Source: Alphaproteobacteria bacterium
GTDB lineage: Bacteria; Pseudomonadota; Alphaproteobacteria; UBA2966
Reading direction: 5' to 3'
Assembly: GCA_964291395.2 (NCBI GenBank)
Contig: OZ219858.1
Coordinates: 320,001 to 384,000 of the forward strand
Length of the DNA stretch: 64,000 nt
The notes beneath the pieces were generated by a model. The model saw only the letters and a list, made by a program, of their open reading frames with translations, was not told the DNA's origin and did no database searches. Shown here in pieces: positions 1 through 10,784 of this stretch (position 1 is its first letter; every line of letters starts with the position of its first letter). A program made the position numbers and the translations under genes.

Positions 1-172
1 CGTCGCCGATGAGTTTGCATTGGCGATCCCGGCGCTCGCTGGTGCTCAGCCGCCCACGAGCCTGGACTTCCTTGACATCTATCTGCCAGGGCAGACGTTT
101 GACGTATTGCTCGAACAGCGGGGCGGTGGGATCACTCTTCCCGCGGCCCACGGCGATGATCCTGATTCGCAT
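1..172 (-). CDS. rlmH: 23S rRNA (pseudouridine1915-N3)-methyltransferase, 5' part (runs off window start)
   Basis: Manual translation from ATG at 172: MRIRIIAVGRGKSDPTAPLFEQYVKRLPWQIDVKEV, RlmH-like N-terminus; conserved position after rsfS. Confidence 0.85.
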   Translation of the reverse strand, partial: MRIRIIAVGRGKSDPTAPLFEQYVKRLPWQIDVKEVQARGRLSTSERRDRQCKLIGD

Positions 173-178
173 GGGAAG

Positions 179-568
179 TTAACTGACGGCCTGCTCCGAC
201 GCGGGTAGCTCCACCGACCACATCTTCTCGAGGTTGTAGAACTCGCGCACTTCCTGCCGAAAGATGTGGGCGATGACGTCGCCCGCGTCAATCAGCACCC
301 AGTCGCATCGAGGCATGCCCTCGACCCCGACCGGTCGCCACTTGTTCTCCTTGAGGCGTTCAATAAGGTGTTCGGCGACGGCACCGACGTGCCGCTGCGA
401 GCGGCCCGTGGCGATCACCAGATAATCCGCAAGGATGGTCTTGTTCCGAATGTCTATGGAAACGATGTCGCCCGCCTTGTCGTCTTCCAGCGATGACGTC
501 ACCAGTTCCAGCAGCCCGGCCGAAGAATCAATGGCGGTATCCGCTTCGCTTATCTTCTCGTTTTCCAT
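179..568 (-). CDS. rsfS: Ribosome silencing factor (Iojap family)
   Basis: DDKAGDIVSIDI...ADYLVIATGRSQRHV...WVLIDAGDVIAHIF...REFYNLEKMW. Confidence 0.95.
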   Translation of the reverse strand: MENEKISEADTAIDSSAGLLELVTSSLEDDKAGDIVSIDIRNKTILADYLVIATGRSQRHVGAVAEHLIERLKENKWRPVGVEGMPRCDWVLIDAGDVIAHIFRQEVREFYNLEKMWSVELPASEQAVS

Positions 569-620
569 CCAGCGTGCTCGAACGACGCCTCTCTATGGTT
601 CACCTATTTCCCATCTTCCT

Positions 621-1232
621 TCAACGGCTCGTGGCGCTCTCCCGCAAGGCCGTTGCGGAAGTGGGATCGTTTGAACCCCAGAGGAAGATCCACGCCGGGG
701 GTACTCGATCAGCCAGGGTTCCTCCCTCATGTTCGTTCAATCGGCAACGGGCATATCGCGTCGCGGCAGTACCCGCCAGTGCTCGAAAAGAATAGGTTGG
801 ACGGTCGAAGACCGCAACGGGCACCGCCCCGAAGATTTCGATCCACCGTCGCCACTTCGTGATTTGAATCAAATTGTCCGCTCCCATGATCCACACGAAA
901 CCATGATGAGGATACCGGCTGCACAGCTTGCGAAGCGTGTCGACGGTGTATCGGGTTCCGAGTTCCGCCTCCGCTTCACTGATCCGGATACGCCGGTCGT
1001 GGGTGACGTCGCGGGCAGAATCGAGGCGTTCCGAGTACGGCGCCATTCCGGCTGTCGGCTTGAGAGGATTCTGTGGCGAAACCAGCCACCAGATCTGGTC
1101 GAGGTTCAGTCGCCTGAGCGCGAGCAGACTGATGTGAACGTGGCCGGCATGGGGTGGATTGAACGATCCACCCAACAGTCCCACCCGCGGACCGCGTGCG
1201 GTTCGCCGCCGAGGGACGGTCGTCTCGATCAT
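621..1232 (-). CDS. nadD: Nicotinate-nucleotide adenylyltransferase
   Basis: GLLGGSFNPPHAGH (HxGH) motif, WIMGADNL, TSATALR. Confidence 0.95.
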   Translation of the reverse strand: MIETTVPRRRTARGPRVGLLGGSFNPPHAGHVHISLLALRRLNLDQIWWLVSPQNPLKPTAGMAPYSERLDSARDVTHDRRIRISEAEAELGTRYTVDTLRKLCSRYPHHGFVWIMGADNLIQITKWRRWIEIFGAVPVAVFDRPTYSFRALAGTAATRYARCRLNEHEGGTLADRVPPAWIFLWGSNDPTSATALRESATSR

Positions 1233-1278
1233 GCGCCTCCGCGCATCACGATGTCGCGATACATTCGTCGCGGGATCA

Positions 1279-2570
1279 TCAGGGTCGGGTCTGCCCCGAT
1301 CCGTGGACGACGTACTTGAACGTGGTCAGCTGCTCCACGCCGACAGGGCCGCGCGCGTGCAGGCGTCCCGTCGAAATCCCGATCTCCGCTCCCATGCCGA
1401 ATTCGCCGCCATCCGCGAATTGCGTGGAGGCATTGTGCAACAGGATGGCGCTGTCCACCTCATTCAGGAAGCGCTCGGCCGCGGCTTCATTCCCGGTGAC
1501 GATGCTCTCGGTGTGATGGGAACCGTAAGTTCCGATGTGCTGGATGGCCGCGTCGAGATCCTCGACCACGCGCACGGAGAGGATCGCGTCGAGGTATTCC
1601 GTGGTCCAGTCGTCCTCGGTGGCCGGGGTAACACGATCATCCAAGAGTCGCGTGGGATCGTCCCCCCGGACCTCACATCCCGCGCCGATCAGATCGTCGA
1701 TGATGGGCGGCAGATGAGTCTGGGCAACCGCCTTATCGACGAGCAGCGTTTCCGCCGCGCCACAAATGCCAGTGCGCCGCATCTTGGCATTGAAAACGAT
1801 GTCCCGTGCCATCTCCGGTTCGGCGTCCCCGTGCACGTAAACGTGACACAGACCGTCGAGGTGGGCGATGACCGGCATCCGACTCTCTTCAAAAACCCGT
1901 TCGATCAGCGATCGTCCACCCCGCGGCACGATGATGTCGACGTAGTCGTGGAGGCGCAGGAGCGCACCGACCGCGGCACGGTCGCGTGTCGGCACGAGCT
2001 GGATGGCAGCCTCGGGCAGACCGGCGGCGGCCAGCCCCCGGCGCAGGCACGCGTGGATGGCGCGGGAGGAATGATGGCTTTCCGAGCCGCCGCGCAGGAT
2101 GGCCGCGTTACCCGATTTGAGGGACAAAGCACCGGCATCAGCCGTCACGTTCGGTCGGGACTCGTAGATGATGCCGATCACGCCAAGGGGGACGCGCACG
2201 CGCGAGATGCGCAAACCATTGGGACGCGTCCATTCGGCGATCACGTCGCCCACGGGGTCTGCGAGCTCCGCGACCTCCTCGAGACCCTTTGCGATGCCCT
2301 CGATTCGCGTTTCGTCGAGCGCCAATCGATCCAGCTTGGCCGCACCTAGGTCGGAGTCCCGAGCTGCCTTCATGTCGGCGTCATTGGCTTCGAGAATGTC
2401 TCCGGTACGGGCGCGGATTTCAGCGGCAGCCGCCAGCAGGGCCGTGTTCTTGTCCTCGGTGGACGTGCTGCTCAGGACCATTCCGGCCGCACGCGCGGCC
2501 TCGCCGAGGCGCGTCATCAGGGGCATGACGTCCTCGTCTCGTCGGGCGATTTCCGCCGTCCCAATGGCAC

Positions 2571-2574
<4 letters not shown>
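1279..2574 (-). CDS. proA: Glutamate-5-semialdehyde dehydrogenase
   Basis: [59 protein letters not shown]. Confidence 0.97.
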
Positions 2575-4843
<2,269 letters not shown>

Positions 4844-5101
4844 TCAGGCAGCCGGCTCCACGGACACGTAGGTGTGTCCCGATCCTTTCTTCTCGAACGC
4901 GACCTTACCCTTGATCAGGGCAAAGATCGTATGATCCTTGCCGAGGCCCACGTTCTGGCCCGGGCGCCACTTGGTGCCGCGTTGGCGGATGATGATGTTG
5001 CCGGGGATAACGTGCTCACCGCCGTACTTCTTGACGCCGAGCCGGCGCCCCACTGAATCCCTCCCGTTGCGCGAACTTCCGCCTGCCTTCTTGTGAGCCA
5101 T
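4844..5101 (-). CDS. rpmA: 50S ribosomal protein L27
   Basis: [16 protein letters not shown]...[11 protein letters not shown]. Confidence 0.98.
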   Translation of the reverse strand: MAHKKAGGSSRNGRDSVGRRLGVKKYGGEHVIPGNIIIRQRGTKWRPGQNVGLGKDHTIFALIKGKVAFEKKGSGHTYVSVEPAA

Positions 5102-5113
5102 GGCCCCGCTCCT

Positions 5114-5539
5114 CTAAGAGCCGTCCTTGTCGCCGCCGTCGGTCTTCTTACGCCCGCTCGGCGCCGCCTTGGTCTTCGGCTTGGACGCGGCCTTGCGTCC
5201 ACCTGACTTGGCCGCACGCTTCGCGCCGGGCACATTGACGTCGGTGATCCGAAGAAGAGTGACGTCCTGCCGGTGACCCTTCTTGCGACGGTAGTTCTTC
5301 CGGCGCTTCTTCTTGAACACGATGATCTTGTCGTCGCGCCCATGCTCGATGACCTCGGCACTGACGCTCGCGCCCTTGACCAGCGGACTGCCGACCGTCG
5401 TGGTCTTGTCGTCGCCGACCATCAGCACTTCAGCCAGATCGAGATTCGATCCTGCTTCGACCGCGAGTTTCTCGACGGCAATGACCTCGTCCTTGGCGAC
5501 ACGATATTGCTTGCCGCCTGTCCTGATGACTGCGTACAT
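5114..5539 (-). CDS. rplU: 50S ribosomal protein L21 (Lys-rich C-terminal extension)
   Basis: [14 protein letters not shown]...[17 protein letters not shown]. Confidence 0.98.
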   Translation of the reverse strand: MYAVIRTGGKQYRVAKDEVIAVEKLAVEAGSNLDLAEVLMVGDDKTTTVGSPLVKGASVSAEVIEHGRDDKIIVFKKKRRKNYRRKKGHRQDVTLLRITDVNVPGAKRAAKSGGRKAASKPKTKAAPSGRKKTDGGDKDGS

Positions 5540-5606
5540 GGAAGCTACCGGCTACACCAGAAATCACTTCGCCCACGACCTGTGACAGGTCTCGCGCGCG
5601 GCGGGA

Positions 5607-5634
5607 ACTATAGTCACCGCATCCAGCTAGTCAA
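5607..5634 (-). promoter_or_regulatory. Putative sigma70 promoter of rplU-rpmA
   Basis: Minus strand TTGACT-N16-TATAGT about 70 nt upstream of the rplU start. Confidence 0.55.
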
Positions 5635-5860
5635 TGATTTCGTTCAGTTTCCTCCCCCTCCGCGCCAGGGCTTGGGAAGGCGAGTCCTCCCTGGCAGGGT
5701 GAGCAGCATTGAAGCGTGCGTTTGTACGAGTTGTCTGTCCGTGCGGCCGGAACGAATTGGCAACCGTCATGGTTCTGCCATAATGCGCTTGCACGGTAAT
5801 ACGGCGAGTTCGCGGCACGAACAGCCGGCGTTTTGGTAGAGAAAGACAAGGGAGGTGACC

Positions 5861-6239
5861 ATGCGGGCCAAGGAGATCATGACTAGGCAGTAGGTCACAG
5901 CGGAACCCGAAACACCGGTGACGGAGATCGCGCAGATGATGATGGAACACCGAATCAGCGCGGTTCCCGTCATCACGCCCGATCATCTCGGTTCAGCGAG
6001 ACCGATCAGGCTGCCGCGGTCCTGGTGGCTGGGAAGCAAGAGCGTCGACAAGACCGAGGGCAATCTCGCCAAGATCATGACCACGCCGGATCTCGGTTGA
6101 TCAGGAAGCGACGATCGAAGACGTCGCGAGGCTGTTCCTGACGCGGAAGATCAATCAAGCCCCGGTGGTGCATGGGGGCAAGCTCGTGGGGATCGTCAGC
6201 CGCGGGGATCTGGTGTCGGCTGTCGCCCGTTCCGACTGA
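5861..6239 (+). pseudogene. CBS-domain pair protein, disrupted
   Basis: GGAGG RBS then MRAKEIMTRQ*(TAG 5891)VTAEPETPVTEIAQMMMEHRISAVPV...; after a frameshift near 6095: VDQEATIEDVARLFLTRKINQAPVVHGGKLVGIVSRGDLV. Confidence 0.8.
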
Positions 6240-6345
6240 CGTTCGCCAACCCGCGGAGAATCCGCCGCCACGCCGTCGGGACTTGTCGCGGTCCCGGCTT
6301 TGCACTATTGAGGCGGCCACCACGGAGCCGAGACGACCGTCGCTC

Positions 6346-6434
6346 GGAGGGGTGCCGGAGTGGCCGAACGGGGCGGTCTCGAAAACCGTTGTACGCACTG
6401 CGTACCGTGGGTTCGAATCCCACCCCCTCCGCCA
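6346..6434 (+). tRNA. tRNA-Ser(CGA)
   Basis: GGAGGGG/CCCCTCC acceptor stem, anticodon arm GCGGT-CT-CGA-AA-ACCGT, long variable arm, GTTCGAATC T-loop, encoded CCA. Confidence 0.97.
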
Positions 6435-6489
6435 TTCTCCTATCCCGTCAATACCCATGAGTGCTCTGAAAACCGATGTGGGGCTGTCC

Positions 6490-6720
6490 GTGGCAAGGCT
6501 GAACGCCGCGAAGGTCTACGAGGCGAACCTGCCGCGGCGATGTGCTGGCCGTCCTGAAGCCGATACGGACCGTGAGGCCGGGAACGGCAGGACGCGTCCG
6601 GCAGCGCATTCGCACAATTCTCCGATGGTGCGGGGCACACGACTACTGCGCCGGCAACGCGGCGGGGGAAGCGCTGAACGGCGCCCTTCCGCCCATGCCG
6701 CGCCGGTCGGCCGGTCGGCC
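6490..6720 (+). pseudogene. P4-like tyrosine integrase remnant (internally deleted)
   Basis: GTG-ARLNAAKV start fused to central-domain fragment DVLAVLKPIRTVRPGTAGRVRQRIRTILRWCGAHDYCAGNAAGEALNGALP; no catalytic domain. Confidence 0.7.
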
Positions 6721-6725
6721 GCAAA

Positions 6726-6760
6726 GGCGAGACTAAGCGAGACTAGCCGAGACTAGGCGA
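6726..6760. repeat. 10-bp tandem repeat NNCGAGACTA x3.5
   Basis: GGCGAGACTA AGCGAGACTA GCCGAGACTA GGCGA. Confidence 0.9.
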
Positions 6761-6849
6761 ACAAAAGCACCTGCAGGGTCCGGCCGGAGCCTCGGCGGTG
6801 AAGCGGGGCGCCGCCCTCAGGACCGGGCCGTGACGCGGACGTCCGGACC

Positions 6850-7385
6850 GGAATCCTCGGGCAGTATGTCCGCCGCGATGCTTTCGGCGACGCGCCGCCG
6901 CCTCGCGCACGGAATGCCGCGCGAGGTGGGCATAACGAGCCGTGGTCCGGGCCTGGGTGTGGCCGAGGAGCTTGTCGATCATGGGGTTGTTGAAAAGTCC
7001 GGCAGCCGTGATTCTCTGTCCCCATATCTTGTGTTCGTTTCTGGGACGCTACGAGATGTTGGGACGCAAGGCTCGCGACCAGTTGGAACTGTTCGTTACC
7101 GGGTCGCTCGATCAACTGGTGCCCGAGGATCATGTTCTGGCCCGCGTGGATCGTGTGCTCGACCTTGGGTGGTTGCGCGAGGAAGTGGCGGATTGCTACT
7201 GCGGGGATAATGGCCGTCCGGGTGTCGATCCGGAGATGGCGGCCAACCCCGACGGAAAGATCGCCGTGCCTCCCGAGACTGACGCACCTGAGCCCGGCCG
7301 CCCCGGGACTGGACCACGTAGACCTTGCGGCCGCTGGCGTGGACGCGCACGCCAAAGCCGCCGCCCTCCCCGTGCAGGGCGCATG
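6850..7385 (-). pseudogene. Second tyrosine integrase remnant (Arm-binding N-terminus and catalytic C-terminus), interrupted by IS
   Basis: N-terminal GFGVRVHASGRKVYVVQSRG / CVSLGRHGDLS (7250-7385) and C-terminal MIDKLLGHTQARTTARYAHLARHSVREAAAR (H...Y catalytic motif, ~6890-6982); middle missing. Confidence 0.8.
6983..7242 (+). mobile_element. IS1182/IS5-like insertion sequence, left end and truncated transposase
   Basis: End-like GGGTTGTTGAAAAGTC; ATG 7056 MLGRKARDQLELFVTGSLDQLVPEDHVLARVDRVLDLGWLREEVADCYCGDNGRPGVDPE (DUF772-type N-terminus), then abrupt truncation. Confidence 0.75.
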
Positions 7386-7505
7386 GCTCGGGCAGACCCG
7401 GCTGGATGGCAGGGAGCCCGGTGCATAAGAACAACGCGACATCCCTTCAGGCACTGCCACTTGCATGGCAACTCGGGTAAACTTATCCCGAATGTGAGGT
7501 CGGAC

Positions 7506-9248
7506 ATGCCAAACGCTTTGCTGGTCTACCCGGAACACCCTCCCACCTACTGGGGGGCCACCTATGCGCTGGAGATGTCGGGGATCAAAGCCGCCTACCC
7601 GCCTCTTGGGTTGCTAACCATCGCCGCGATGTTTCCCCCAGGCTATGAGCTCCGCCTGGTGGACATGAACGTGAATGCTTTGCATGACGCCGATCTCGAG
7701 TGGGCGGATTTTGTGTTCACGTCCACGATGATCACTCAGCAACTGTCGCTTCGTGCCGTGATCGAGCGGTGCAACCGCGAAGGGGTTCCGGTGGTAGCCG
7801 GTGGGCCTCATGCGACCATGTTTCACGAAGACATCGTAGGCGTGGACCACTTTGTGCTGGACGAGGTCGAAGAAACTTTCGGGGAATTCCTTGAGGATCT
7901 GCAAAGCGGAACGGCCAAGAGCATTTATCGGGAACCGCGAAAGCCGGATGTGACCCGGACGCCGGTTCCGCGCTTCGACCTCATCGATATGAAGAACTAC
8001 GCCAATATGAACGTGCAGTTCTCTCGGGGATGTCCTTTCGATTGTGAATTTTGCGACATCATCAAACTCTATGGTCGCGTGCCGCGTACCAAGTCGCCGG
8101 AACAGGTCGTGGAAGAGTTGGACTCCCTTTATCGGTTGGGTTGGCGCGGCCGCGTTTTCCTGGTTGACGACAACTTCATCGGGAACAAGCGAGATGCCAT
8201 GAATCTGCTGCCGAAGGTAGCCGAGTGGCAAAGGACAAGAGGACATCCGTTCACTCTGAGCACGGAGGCAAGCGCGAATCTTGCGCGAATGGACCAATTG
8301 ATGGATGCCATGATCGAGGCCGGTTTCGATACCGTGTTTGTCGGTATCGAATCTCCGAACCCCAGAACCCTGCTCAAGACCAAGAAGCCGCAAAATACCA
8401 GCAAGCACCAAGAGAACTACCTTTTCAATGCCGTTCGAAAAATCCAGCAGCATGGGATGCAAGTCCAAGGCGGGTTCATCTTGGGTCTGGATGGTGATGA
8501 CGAGGGCGTGTTCGACGCCCAGATCGAGTTCATTCAGGCGACCGGTATTCCCGTGGCCCCCATCTACCTGTTGACCGCCTTGAAGGGCACGGACATGTAC
8601 GAGCGCATGAAGTCGGAGAACCGGCTTCTGGAGGCGCCAATCGGAACCAATGCCATGCCTCTCAACTTCAAGCCGGAAATGGAATACAGGACATTGATCG
8701 AGGGATACGTGCGAGTGATAGGCACGCTCTACGATCCGACCCTGGAGAACTACTTCAGGCGTTGTCTGGCTCTGTTTAGGCATCTCAAACCTGTCCCACA
8801 CCTTCGAAAGCCTAAGGGCAGGAACGAGATCTACGCAGCCTTCATGGGTGTTCGCCGCTGTCTCTCAGACAGGCAAGTCCCTGCCTATTCGAAGTTCATT
8901 GGCAAGGTCTCCAAGGACTATCCACGCATGCTTCCCGAAGCAATCTATTTGGCTGCCATGGGTCATCACTTCGAGAGAATCAGCCGCCAGCAGATTGCAA
9001 TCCATGAGTTCCTCGGCTTCCTGAGAGGCGAGCTGGAGATGTTCCAGGAGGCGGCTTCGGGTGCCGCTTCGGAGGCCGAGGAAATCAGGAGCCGAAGAGA
9101 GACGTCGTTTGAACGAGCCCAGCAACGCTACGAGTCCATACCCGATGAGTTTCGATACCAGGGAGATGGGCTGGGCGATGCGCTAGAGTCCTTCCGACAT
9201 TCGGTGGATACACGGACGAATGAATTCGCGTGTGCTGAGATGGCATGA
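7506..9248 (+). CDS. B12-binding-domain radical SAM protein (class B methyltransferase-like, DUF4070-type C-terminus; SwfC-like candidate)
   Basis: GAGGT RBS and ATG 7506 (MPNALLVYPEHPPTYWG); YPPLGLLTIAA, VVAGGPHAT cobalamin domain; SRGCPFDCEFC CxxxCxxC; VDDNFIGN. Confidence 0.9.
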   Translation: MPNALLVYPEHPPTYWGATYALEMSGIKAAYPPLGLLTIAAMFPPGYELRLVDMNVNALHDADLEWADFVFTSTMITQQLSLRAVIERCNREGVPVVAGGPHATMFHEDIVGVDHFVLDEVEETFGEFLEDLQSGTAKSIYREPRKPDVTRTPVPRFDLIDMKNYANMNVQFSRGCPFDCEFCDIIKLYGRVPRTKSPEQVVEELDSLYRLGWRGRVFLVDDNFIGNKRDAMNLLPKVAEWQRTRGHPFTLSTEASANLARMDQLMDAMIEAGFDTVFVGIESPNPRTLLKTKKPQNTSKHQENYLFNAVRKIQQHGMQVQGGFILGLDGDDEGVFDAQIEFIQATGIPVAPIYLLTALKGTDMYERMKSENRLLEAPIGTNAMPLNFKPEMEYRTLIEGYVRVIGTLYDPTLENYFRRCLALFRHLKPVPHLRKPKGRNEIYAAFMGVRRCLSDRQVPAYSKFIGKVSKDYPRMLPEAIYLAAMGHHFERISRQQIAIHEFLGFLRGELEMFQEAASGAASEAEEIRSRRETSFERAQQRYESIPDEFRYQGDGLGDALESFRHSVDTRTNEFACAEMA

Positions 9249-9624
9249 TGAACATCGTCGAACCCACGTGTCGGCGAAGACGGGAGCATGGAAAATGGGC
9301 GTCGGGTCGTCATGATCGGGTTCCGGAGACCCGCCCATCCTCAAGGTGAATGTCTTCAATTGCGAACCATACGCGTCCCGCCAACCAGCCAGCTTGGCTG
9401 AAAATCCGTCAATGCACCAACATCCCAACTGGACCGGTCGACGGGGGCTGCCCATCGTGCGATATTTCTGAATTATTGGAGCAATATGGATTGAGGTGTT
9501 CGAAGGCAATACTGCGCCGATCAGGGAGGTATACGAATCGTGTTTCGCAGACCGATGCTCAAGGCAGCCCATCAGCACCGGAGGCCCGACGGGCTGATTT
9601 GAAGAACTTGACCCGTAAGGAACG

Positions 9625-10740
9625 ATGACACAGGATTCGACGAACCCTACCAGACCTGCCGAAAAGGCACGATGGCGCGGCTTCACGCAGTTAGCCCTGC
9701 TTCTTCTCGCAATCGCGGTTGCGCTGTACTTCGCCAGGGCTCCGAGCAGGGTGGAACGGGGACCGGTATCCGGTGCCGCACAGGCCAAACTGGTCCCGAG
9801 CATCGTTAAACCGGTCGCGACCGACCATGTCCTGACAGTCAATCTGACAGGAACCGTCAACCTCGCAAGGAAGACGACCGTAGTTTCCGAAGTCGTCGGA
9901 CGCGTGAACTGGGTTTCGCCCGCCTTCAGCAATGGGGGGACTATCCCGGCGAACGAGACGTTCATCAAAATCGATCCGGCTGAATACAGGCTTGAAGTCG
10001 AAGCGGCCAAGATGGCGGTCAAGGAAGCCGAGGCGCACGTCCAGATCGAAAAGGACCGCGCAGGCGAGGTCGCGAGAGCACAAGCACAGTTGGGAAAGGT
10101 AAGGGCGGCTCTGGCACTGGCAGAGCTGCGGCTCGAGCGGACCGAGATTTCGCTTCCCTTCGCATGCCGGGTTATCTCTTCGGATTTGGAGGTAGGTGAT
10201 CTGGTGGGGCCGGCCGACGCGGTCGGACGGATGTCGGTATTGGGTGTTGTCTATCGTCGGGACGCGCTGCAGGTCCGCGTGCCGATCGGTGCCGAAGACT
10301 TGGCGGATTTGGCCCCGGCGGTGGGTCGTTCGGCTCGGATCCATACCGATGGCGGCACATTTAGCGCTGAGGTGATGCGCGTATCGTCGGCGTTCTCGCC
10401 CAAGACGCGCCTTGCGGCGGTATTTCTCAAGTTTACGGAAGACGATTCGTCGGACAGGCCGCTCCCCCTTCCGGGCGAGTTCGCACACGTGGAGATTTCG
10501 GGACCCGAGCGCGACAATGTGTTTGTGCTACCCAAATCGTCTGCCTGGGAGAGCGACAAGGTCTGGGTGGTCAGAAACGGCGTGTTGAATTCCGCAACAG
10601 TCAGGACCATAGCCCGGACGGACGCCGGATGGGTCGTCGAGGCGTTCGACGCGGGCGAAGGCGTGGTCGTGGGCCCGCTGTCGGGTGCCCGGGAAGGCCA
10701 GGAGGTTGATGCCCGTCAAGCTACGACATCGTCTCAATAG
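9625..10740 (+). CDS. RND efflux membrane-fusion (periplasmic adaptor) protein
   Basis: N-terminal TM, SEVVGRV lipoyl half, helical hairpin, LERTEISLPF, VGDLV. Confidence 0.88.
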   Translation: MTQDSTNPTRPAEKARWRGFTQLALLLLAIAVALYFARAPSRVERGPVSGAAQAKLVPSIVKPVATDHVLTVNLTGTVNLARKTTVVSEVVGRVNWVSPAFSNGGTIPANETFIKIDPAEYRLEVEAAKMAVKEAEAHVQIEKDRAGEVARAQAQLGKVRAALALAELRLERTEISLPFACRVISSDLEVGDLVGPADAVGRMSVLGVVYRRDALQVRVPIGAEDLADLAPAVGRSARIHTDGGTFSAEVMRVSSAFSPKTRLAAVFLKFTEDDSSDRPLPLPGEFAHVEISGPERDNVFVLPKSSAWESDKVWVVRNGVLNSATVRTIARTDAGWVVEAFDAGEGVVVGPLSGAREGQEVDARQATTSSQ

Positions 10741-10784
10741 ACCTGTCTGATCAGTAACCCATCAAACGCCGAGCGCGAGCTATC

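Noticed and set aside
5891-5893. In-frame TAG as pyrrolysine or readthrough
   Set aside because: The same gene also has a frameshift; no pyl genes seen; TAG terminates other genes here
6075-6458. ORFs overlapping the tRNA (WRRGWDSNPR, MAEGVGFEPT)
   Set aside because: Typical translations of tRNA antisense sequence
6726-6760. Possible CRISPR array
   Set aside because: 10-bp units with no spacers and no cas genes in the window
6942-7505. 768-aa ORF as one protein
   Set aside because: The first 188 codons are IS transposase fragment plus antisense integrase; the real gene has its own RBS and ATG at 7506
9245-9624. Small ORFs between radical SAM and MFP (possible RiPP precursor)
   Set aside because: No convincing RBS, leader or motif; the context points to a lipid substrate rather than a peptide
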